The translations under genes and the position numbers were made by a program. The notes beneath the pieces were generated by a model. It was not told where the DNA came from and did not search any database. It saw only the letters and a list, made by a program, of their open reading frames with translations. 20,000 nucleotides of DNA from Candidatus Woesearchaeota archaeon. GTDB lineage: Archaea > Nanobdellota > Nanobdellia > Woesearchaeales > JABGXB01. The stretch spans positions 551,607 through 571,606 of the forward strand of contig JABGXB010000002.1 of NCBI GenBank assembly GCA_018675975.1. Direction: 5' to 3'. This document shows, one piece after another, positions 7,928 to 15,072 of this stretch (within the stretch, counting starts at the first letter, position 1; every line of letters begins with the position of its first letter).

Positions 7928-9821
7928 TCATTATTTTTTTAACTGATTTTATTTTTTTAATTGCATTTAAAATATTATTTATATGTTCTAAATTTTCAAC
8001 TTCAATTTTAAATGATAATGATACTTTTTCTTTATCTATAATTTTTGCATTTGCACTATTAATTTTATTTGTAAGTCTACTTATTGTATTTAGTAAATCT
8101 ACCATTAGTCCTTTTCTTTCAGAACAACTGATTTTTAATTCTATTTCACCTTTGGTATTTTCTTGCCAGTGTGATTTTAGAATTCTATCTTTTCTAATAT
8201 TTTGTTTTTTTAATTTTTCACAATTTTTATTATGTATATTAATTGTAAATCCATTAATATTTATTCCAATAATTTCATCTCCTGGCATTGGATTACAACA
8301 TTTTGCAAATTTAATATTATAGTCTTGCATTTTATTTACATAAATTAATTTGGAATTTATTTTTTCTTCTATTTTATTTATGCTCTTGGAATATTTTGGA
8401 TGTGGTATTTGACTTACTTCATTTAATGCTTTTCTTATTTTAGATCTAGCTTTATGTGTTTTTGCAAATTTTAACCACTCTCGGCTTGGCATATGATTTT
8501 TTTGGGTTATGATTTCTACTAAGTCCCCATTACTTAATTCACTTCTTAATGTTTTATACTTGCCATTAATTCTTACACCAATAGATTTATCTCCTATATT
8601 ACTATGTATTGCATATGCAAAATCAATTGCAGTTGCATTTTTTGGTAAATTAATAACTTTTCCGGCTGGAGTTATACAATATATTTTTTCAGAAAAAAAT
8701 TCAAATTTTACAATATCAACAATATCTGTTTCTATATTATTATCATTATTAATTATTTCTTTTATCCATGACATTTTTTTATCATATTTTTCATTTCCTT
8801 CAAATCCTTTGTATATGAAATGTGCTGCAATTCCTTCTTCTGCTTGTTTGTCCATGTCACCAGTTCTAATTTGTATTTCTAATACATTATGATTCTCATC
8901 GAATACAGTTGTATGTATTGATCTGTAATTATTTTCTTTTGGGCTTGCAATATAATCTTTTAATCTATTTAATATTGGTTTATATGTAGTGTGAATCAAT
9001 CTTAAAACTTCATAACAATCTTTTATGTTTTCAACAATTATTCTAAATGCTAATAAATCATTAATTTCTTCTAATTTTTTTGTTGAAGATTTTTTATATA
9101 TTGAATAAATATTTTTTGGTCGTCCAAGCATTTGATATTTTATTTTTTCTTTTTCAATTAAGCTAATTAATTTTTTTTTTGTATTATCAATTATTATTTC
9201 TCTTTCTTTCTTTTTTTGTGGCAGAAATTCTTTTATTTTGTAAAATGCATCTGGATCTAAATGTTTTAAACTTAAATCTTCTAATTCACTTTTTATTTTT
9301 CCAAGACCTAATCTATTTGCAATTGGTGCATATATTTCTAATGTTAGTTTTGCAATTTCTTTTTGTTGTTTTTTATCTAATGAACCTAATGTTCTCATAT
9401 TGTCTAGCTTATCTGCTAATTTGATGAAAATAACTCTAATATCTTTAGAAGAAGAAAGAATCATTTTTCTTAACTCTTCTGCAAAATCTAAACTTACAAT
9501 TGATTTATTAATTAAATTTATTTTATTTATTTCATTTTGTAAATTAAATATTGATTCTCCAAATTTTTCTTTAATTTCTTTTTCTTTACTTTTATCAATT
9601 AAACAAATTCCGTGTAATAATGATACAATTATACTATCATTATCCATTTTATTTTCTGCACAAGTTTTTGCAACTCTATATGGATGATTGAAATAATTCT
9701 CTCCAGATATTCTTTTTTCATTTTCAAAGAATTTTTTAGAAAATTCATATGCTTTTTGAACTAAGTCTATGTTTTTTTTATCTTCTAATAGTTCTTTTAG
9801 TTCTTCAAATTGTTTATCCAT
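7914..9821 (-). CDS. rel: Long RelA/SpoT homologue (pseudo-HD, SYNTH, TGS, short helical domain, ZFD, ACT/RRM); predicted synthetase-only
   Basis: HD fold (KRISGENYFNHP, LLHG, IKLADKLDNMRTL, IYAPIANRLG); SYNTH (GRPKNIYSIYKK, DLLAFRII, RLKDYIASPKENNYRSIHT, EIQIRT); TGS (TPAGKVINLP..ATAIDFAYAIHS); ZFD (AKCCNPMPGD..IH..NC); C-terminal ACT. Confidence 0.95.
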   Translation of the reverse strand: MDKQFEELKELLEDKKNIDLVQKAYEFSKKFFENEKRISGENYFNHPYRVAKTCAENKMDNDSIIVSLLHGICLIDKSKEKEIKEKFGESIFNLQNEINKINLINKSIVSLDFAEELRKMILSSSKDIRVIFIKLADKLDNMRTLGSLDKKQQKEIAKLTLEIYAPIANRLGLGKIKSELEDLSLKHLDPDAFYKIKEFLPQKKKEREIIIDNTKKKLISLIEKEKIKYQMLGRPKNIYSIYKKSSTKKLEEINDLLAFRIIVENIKDCYEVLRLIHTTYKPILNRLKDYIASPKENNYRSIHTTVFDENHNVLEIQIRTGDMDKQAEEGIAAHFIYKGFEGNEKYDKKMSWIKEIINNDNNIETDIVDIVKFEFFSEKIYCITPAGKVINLPKNATAIDFAYAIHSNIGDKSIGVRINGKYKTLRSELSNGDLVEIITQKNHMPSREWLKFAKTHKARSKIRKALNEVSQIPHPKYSKSINKIEEKINSKLIYVNKMQDYNIKFAKCCNPMPGDEIIGININGFTINIHNKNCEKLKKQNIRKDRILKSHWQENTKGEIELKISCSERKGLMVDLLNTISRLTNKINSANAKIIDKEKVSLSFKIEVENLEHINNILNAIKKIKSVKKIMITKC

Positions 9822-9852
9822 AATATAAGAATTATATTGTATATTTTAAATT

Positions 9853-10329
9853 TTACTGAGCTAGGTTCTTTAAGCTATTTTTAAGAATTTGATTTTTTTT
9901 AATATTATTTTTATTGAATAATTGTTTACATTCGTCATATGTAACCCATTTATAATTTAAAATTTCGTCTTCTTTTGGTATTAAATTACCATTTCCTAAA
10001 TATTTTCCAGATACAAAAAAAAATGCTTTTCCTTTAGAATATCCTCTGCCTCTGTTATTTGTGAAATTTATATCCAATTTATCTTCATATACTTGAGTAT
10101 TTGTAATTTTATATTCATTATAATTTACATTTAATTCTTCTTTTAACTCTCTTTTTATGGTTTCAGATATCTTTTCGGATTTTTTAATTCCACCTTGGGG
10201 GAAATACCATGATTTTTTATCTCTTGTCGAATTTACAATTAAAATTTTATTATTTTTATTTATCAATATTACAGAAACTGTGGGTCTATATTCTCCTAAT
10301 TTTTTTAAATTATCTATTCTATTATACAT
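9853..10329 (-). CDS. Nudix hydrolase, RppH-like
   Basis: YRPTVSVIL and SWYFPQGG followed by the Nudix box G-x5-E-x7-RELKEEL, resembling RppH (YRPNV...WQFPQGG). Start is ATG 10329 or TTG 10335. Confidence 0.9.
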   Translation of the reverse strand: MYNRIDNLKKLGEYRPTVSVILINKNNKILIVNSTRDKKSWYFPQGGIKKSEKISETIKRELKEELNVNYNEYKITNTQVYEDKLDINFTNNRGRGYSKGKAFFFVSGKYLGNGNLIPKEDEILNYKWVTYDECKQLFNKNNIKKNQILKNSLKNLAQ

Positions 10330-10434
10330 TTTCAATTTTATTAGTGCGGTGTGAGTATATTAAAACCATGTATATACAAAATTTACAATTTTTCAATCGA
10401 TTTTTTTATAAATAGAATATAAATTTCATGTTTT

Positions 10435-11505
10435 ATGGGGAGGTTTAATAATTTTTTAAGTAGTGATGAAACGGTTTTTAAAAATCATGTTGCGCTAGAT
10501 TATGATTTTGTTCCCAAGGTTATTAAATTTAGAGAATCTGAACAGCAATCTATTGCAAATTGCGTTAAACCTATGTTGCATGGTAGGAGTGGAAGGAATT
10601 TAATTATAAGTGGTACTCCTGGTATTGGTAAAACTGTAGCTGTAAAAAAAATATTTGAAGAAATTGAAGAAGATACTGATCAAATAATTCCAATTTATGT
10701 GAATTGTTGGAAAGTTAATACAACTTATAAAATTATGATTGAAATTTGTCATCAATTGGGATATCGTTTTACTCAAAATAAAAAAACAACTGAATTAATA
10801 CAAATTGCAATAAATTTAATGAATAAATCTAGTATTGTTTTTGCTTTTGATGAAATTGATAAAGCAGAAGATTTTGATTTTTTGTATATTATTTTAGAAA
10901 GTGTCTATAGGCGAACTATGTTTTTACTTACAAATTATTCTGATTGGATAACAAGTTTAGATATGAGAATTCGAAGCAGATTGGTTGCAGAAAGTTTAAA
11001 TTTTAAATCATATTCAAAACAAGAAGTTAATGATATATTAAAAGAAAGAGTTGATTTAGGTTTTTATGATGGTGTATATAATTCTGATTCATTTGAGTTT
11101 GTAGTTGATAGAGCATTTTTATTTAAAGATATTAGAACTGGTTTATATTTATTAAAAGAAAGTGCAAATTGTGCCGAAGACAGATCTTCTCGTATTGTAG
11201 AATTGGATGATTCTAAAAAAGCTCTTGATAAAATGGATGATTTTAAAACAAAAAAAATAAATAATTTAAATGATGATTTAAAGATGGTATTAGAATTAGT
11301 TAAAGACAATACTGGAAAAAAAATTGGTGAAGTTTTTGATATTGGTATTAAACGTGGTTTGAAAATTAGTTATAAAACATTTCAAAGACGTATTAAAAAA
11401 TTAACTGATAGTGGATTTATTAAAAGTGAAATAATTTATGGTGGTAGTGAAGGCAATAGTAGTTTTTTATATTATAATAATCAACCAACATTAGATGATT
11501 TTTAA
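10435..11505 (+). CDS. cdc6: Orc1/Cdc6 family AAA+ replication initiator
   Basis: ALDYDFVP..I.FRE, Walker A GTPGIGKT, YVNC, Walker B FDEID, RIRSRL, DIR, and a short C-terminal winged helix. Confidence 0.93.
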   Translation: MGRFNNFLSSDETVFKNHVALDYDFVPKVIKFRESEQQSIANCVKPMLHGRSGRNLIISGTPGIGKTVAVKKIFEEIEEDTDQIIPIYVNCWKVNTTYKIMIEICHQLGYRFTQNKKTTELIQIAINLMNKSSIVFAFDEIDKAEDFDFLYIILESVYRRTMFLLTNYSDWITSLDMRIRSRLVAESLNFKSYSKQEVNDILKERVDLGFYDGVYNSDSFEFVVDRAFLFKDIRTGLYLLKESANCAEDRSSRIVELDDSKKALDKMDDFKTKKINNLNDDLKMVLELVKDNTGKKIGEVFDIGIKRGLKISYKTFQRRIKKLTDSGFIKSEIIYGGSEGNSSFLYYNNQPTLDDF

Positions 11506-11547
11506 ATATCTAACAACATTTATTAATTGGCTTTTTATTTTTTAATT

Positions 11548-12741
11548 GTGGCAAATAATAAAAATCAAACAAGGATAAATGGTTTAAATAATAATATCCA
11601 ACTTTATATTTTTACAGAAATTTTTAGAAGACTTAGTAGGACGTGGTATCCTATTCTTTTTTTATTTTATATTTTTATTCAATTGGATTTAAAATTATTT
11701 GGTTATTTAGTCGCAGTAACTTCTATTACTGTATTAATTTTTGAAGTTCCTTCCGGTGTATTTGCAGATCAATATGGTCGAAAACTATCTTATATGATTG
11801 GTCAAATAATATTAATTTTAACTTCATTTGTTTTTATTTTATCAAATAATTTTGTATATTTAATTATTGCAGCATTTTTATATGGTTTGTCAAATTCATT
11901 TTTGAGTGGTGCAGATAAAGCTTTAATTTTTGATTCTTTTTATGAGTTAAAGCGTAGTAATGAATTTAGGCTTTATAATGGAAAATTGTATGCTTATACA
12001 ATGGTAGTGGCCGCAATATCTACTTTCATCTCTGGTTTTATTGCAGAATATAATTGGAATATTTTATTTTTTATTGGAATTATATTTGGATTAATTAATT
12101 TAATTTTAATAAGCAAATTTTATGAACCAAAAATTCATGAAAAAACATCTCATAAATTACATTTTAAGAAAAGTGTTTTAGAATTAATTAATTCAAGGAC
12201 ATTATTATTTTTAGTTATACTTTTTATTTTTATAAATTCATTATTAGAGTCTTTGTCAGATTATCATCAAGTTTTTGCCATGGAAGTTGGTTGGACTGTT
12301 TCCTCATTTGCAATGCTTTTTAGTATTTCATTTATGTTATCTGGGATTTCTGCATATATTATTGAGACTATTGAAAAATATATTAAAAAAGACTTTGCAC
12401 TTTATGCCGTTCCCGTTCTTATGGGTTTAGTTTATTTTTTTATGGGATATTTAAATAATTATTATGGAATATTATTATTTATTTTTGAAGGATTATTAAT
12501 TGGATACTATTATGTTGTTCTTGAAGATATAATTAATCATAATGTAAGTAGTAGACGAAGGGCAACAATTTGGTCATTATCTTCTTTTGTTGAACAAATC
12601 TTTGTAGGATTATCTAGTATTTTTATTGCTTATTTTTCTACATTTTTTGGTTTTCAATTTTCTTATATTTTTGTAGGACTTTTTATTGGCTTAGGTGGAT
12701 TTATTTGTGCAAAATTATCTTTAAGGTTTATGAAAAAATAA
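11548..12741 (+). CDS. MFS transporter
   Basis: About 12 TM segments; motif A-like FEVPSGVFADQYGRK, SGADKALIFDS, and SSRRRATIWS. The start is uncertain (GTG 11548 or TTG 11527). Confidence 0.9.
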   Translation: MANNKNQTRINGLNNNIQLYIFTEIFRRLSRTWYPILFLFYIFIQLDLKLFGYLVAVTSITVLIFEVPSGVFADQYGRKLSYMIGQIILILTSFVFILSNNFVYLIIAAFLYGLSNSFLSGADKALIFDSFYELKRSNEFRLYNGKLYAYTMVVAAISTFISGFIAEYNWNILFFIGIIFGLINLILISKFYEPKIHEKTSHKLHFKKSVLELINSRTLLFLVILFIFINSLLESLSDYHQVFAMEVGWTVSSFAMLFSISFMLSGISAYIIETIEKYIKKDFALYAVPVLMGLVYFFMGYLNNYYGILLFIFEGLLIGYYYVVLEDIINHNVSSRRRATIWSLSSFVEQIFVGLSSIFIAYFSTFFGFQFSYIFVGLFIGLGGFICAKLSLRFMKK

Positions 12742-12844
12742 TTGTTCTACCATGATCTAATATAATTAGTTTTTTTTAATATGATTTAAAATATTAATTA
12801 CAATCAATAAAAACTATTATATATTATTAAAATTATTTTTAAAT

Positions 12845-13435
12845 ATGAATTTAAAAACAAAGTTTGATCTTCTAGCAGACAAACTTGAAAAAGCGACATT
12901 AGGTTCAAATTATAAGGCTCATAAAATTATTCCAAGGGAACTTTTAAAACTAATAAATAAAGATGCGTTAATTTTAGATTTAGGTGTTGGAACTGGTTTA
13001 AGTTCCAGATTATTTATTGATAAGAAATTTAGCGTAGTTGGCATGGATTTTTCTAAAGAATTATTAAAAGTTGTATCTAAGTATAATTATGAACAATTAA
13101 TAAAACAGGATTTGAATAAAAAACTAAAAGTTAAAAAAAATAATTTTGATTTGGTGATATCATTTGGAGTTTTTGATTTTTTTGAAGATTTAAATCATAT
13201 TTTTAATGAAGTAAAACGAGTTCTAAATATAAATGGATATTTTGCATTTACTGTGATTAAAAGTCAAAAACCGTCAGATTCTTCTCAAACTTATAAGCAT
13301 ACAAAAAAAGAAGTTAGAGCTTTAGTAAAAAAATATAATTATAAAATTGTTAATGAATTAGAATTTTTAGAATATGAAAAAAAAGATTATATGGCAATTT
13401 ATTATGGCTTTATATTAAAAAAAAATTGTAATTAA
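12845..13435 (+). CDS. Class I SAM-dependent methyltransferase
   Basis: Motif I ILDLGVGTG, GMDFSKELL, FDLVIS, and EVKRVLNINGYF. Confidence 0.9.
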   Translation: MNLKTKFDLLADKLEKATLGSNYKAHKIIPRELLKLINKDALILDLGVGTGLSSRLFIDKKFSVVGMDFSKELLKVVSKYNYEQLIKQDLNKKLKVKKNNFDLVISFGVFDFFEDLNHIFNEVKRVLNINGYFAFTVIKSQKPSDSSQTYKHTKKEVRALVKKYNYKIVNELEFLEYEKKDYMAIYYGFILKKNCN

Positions 13436-13684
13436 TATTAAGGATAAATTGACAGAGATTTCAAATAATATTTATTCTATTATTTATTGTAATCGAATAT
13501 AACAAATTTGTGCATTCTTGTTTTTATTTTTAATTTTAGGACTGGACACAGTGGTCAAGCTGAGACTTTTTTTATAAATGATATTTGGTTAGTTAAATTA
13601 TATTTGATCAACTCAAATTGCATAGCCAACCTCACCGGATTTTTTATCCGGTTTTATAATTACAAAAACAAACAGGTGAAAAAC

Positions 13685-13810
13685 ATGAAACCCACAAACC
13701 CAACTTCAAAAAATATAACTGCTATAACTAATAGTTTAATTAATTTCTCAAAAAAAGCTAATTTTAGCTCGTATGAATTAATGTTACAAAAACATTGTAT
13801 ATTAAGTTAG
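13685..13810 (+). CDS. Putative 41-aa small protein
   Basis: SD AGGTGA (13674-13679) lies 5 nt before ATG 13685, the same spacing as at the Sm gene. The peptide is MKPTNPTSKNITAITNSLINFSKKANFSSYELMLQKHCILS*. No homology recognised. Confidence 0.4.
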   Translation: MKPTNPTSKNITAITNSLINFSKKANFSSYELMLQKHCILS

Positions 13811-13910
13811 AATGAAAGAGCTTACAGTATTATTATCTTCTTTTATAGATCGCCCCTTGATAAAAGATTATTACTGTATAAATAAAAATAGTCTTTTTTA
13901 TAGATAATAT

Positions 13911-14357
13911 CTATAATCTTCTTTCTATATTAAATTCTGTTTTTGATAATTCTACTAAAATAGCTCTTAAAAAATTAACTTCGAATTCATAAAAATGTTT
14001 ATCTAATTCTTTTTTATTTTTTAAAAAGTATAAGTTTAATTCTTTATAACTATTTGAAATTAATACAAAATTTACAGCTAAATATTTTATTTTTTTTGAA
14101 AATATGAAATTATTAATTATTCTTTTTATTATTTCAATATGTGATTTAGTTTCATTTTTATGTTCATTATCTAAAACATTTAATATTTCATCTACAGTAT
14201 TATTTACTTTAACTAATAATTTTGCCCAAAAGGCTACATTTCCTTTTTCTTCTTCTATTTTTTTACTAATTAAATTTCTTAAATGCATAAATTCATCTTT
14301 AGGTTCTAAAATGTCAAATTGAAATCTTATATCTTGTATTCTTTCAAGTGATATCAT
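13911..14357 (-). CDS. Hypothetical all-alpha protein
   Basis: 148-aa ORF whose start overlaps the upstream ORF, with an SD-like AGAGGT upstream and a composition typical of this genome. Confidence 0.65.
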   Translation of the reverse strand: MISLERIQDIRFQFDILEPKDEFMHLRNLISKKIEEEKGNVAFWAKLLVKVNNTVDEILNVLDNEHKNETKSHIEIIKRIINNFIFSKKIKYLAVNFVLISNSYKELNLYFLKNKKELDKHFYEFEVNFLRAILVELSKTEFNIERRL

Positions 14358-14928
14358 TATTATTACCTCTGCGTTTTTGTAAAAAGTCGGATATTTTCTT
14401 ATTATGTAATTTTTGTTTTAAAATAATATGATTTGTGAATGTATTTTTTGTATTAGTTGATATCCATTTGTTAATTAATTGTTGTTCTTTTGAAATTCTT
14501 TTTTCAATCCATGATAAAAAATCAATTTGATCAAAATGCATTTTTGATTCCATTAAAAAATTAGATGTATAATTTTCTGTTATATTTTTTATATCTGTAT
14601 TTAAATTTAATATTTTTGAAGGATTATTTAAATTAAAATAATTACATATTTTGCTTGAATATGAACTTTCTTCTGTATATTCTTTTAATATTTTTTGTTT
14701 TAATATTTTTAATTCTAATTCACCTTTTTCTGAAAGTGAATAAGATCCAATGTCATATCCCTCATCTTCATTTATGGGAATTTTAGTGGAGTTTACTTTT
14801 TTTTGAAATTCTTTTATAAAAAAACCTTCATCAGGTACAATGTGGCCTATTGAATTATTATTAAATTTAATTAAATCATTTAGTATGTGTAAATTTATTG
14901 GATTATCCTCTATTTGAATGTGGGCCAT
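14344..14928 (-). CDS. Hypothetical protein
   Basis: 194-aa ORF overlapping the downstream gene by 14 bp (coupled pair). No recognised motif. Confidence 0.65.
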   Translation of the reverse strand: MAHIQIEDNPINLHILNDLIKFNNNSIGHIVPDEGFFIKEFQKKVNSTKIPINEDEGYDIGSYSLSEKGELELKILKQKILKEYTEESSYSSKICNYFNLNNPSKILNLNTDIKNITENYTSNFLMESKMHFDQIDFLSWIEKRISKEQQLINKWISTNTKNTFTNHIILKQKLHNKKISDFLQKRRGNNNDIT

Positions 14929-15072
14929 AGATATTTTTAGTCATGTAATGTATTTAATGAATATTAACGTTATGTTTTTACTTTTTGATGTTAGTTTGGC
15001 TTATTTGTTATTTGTGTTAACTATTTTATGATTATCATATAGTTTTATATAATAAAAAACAAGAAATTCAAT

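Noticed and set aside
10336..10434. Replication origin next to cdc6
   Set aside because: The gap is only ~100 bp, with no ORB-like (TTCCAGTGGAAA/G-string) repeats here or downstream of cdc6. It is adequately explained by divergent promoters.
13538..13655. TPP riboswitch (GCTGAGA) or tRNA remnant (CAGTGGTCAAG, D-loop-like)
   Set aside because: The TPP CCTGAT/P4-P5 consensus is absent, and no T-arm or acceptor stem can be built.
13508..13684. 100-aa version of the small ORF starting at TTG 13508
   Set aside because: There is no SD at that start and the extension runs through palindromic sequence. The internal ATG at 13685 has a strong SD.
13808..13885. Genome-wide UAG recoding (pyrrolysine or an alternative code)
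   Set aside because: TAG apparently terminates other long ORFs here (13911, 18174), and the conserved genes show no in-frame stops.
1486..14322. Short antisense ORFs in the track (1486-1758, 1918-2142, 3735-3959, 4545-4742, 5841-6041, 6233-6442, 8509-8892, 9179-9424, 9400-9687, 10157-10354, 10209-10415, 11064-11309, 14104-14322)
   Set aside because: They are shadows of better-supported genes on the opposite strand, with composition mirroring the real gene and no motifs.
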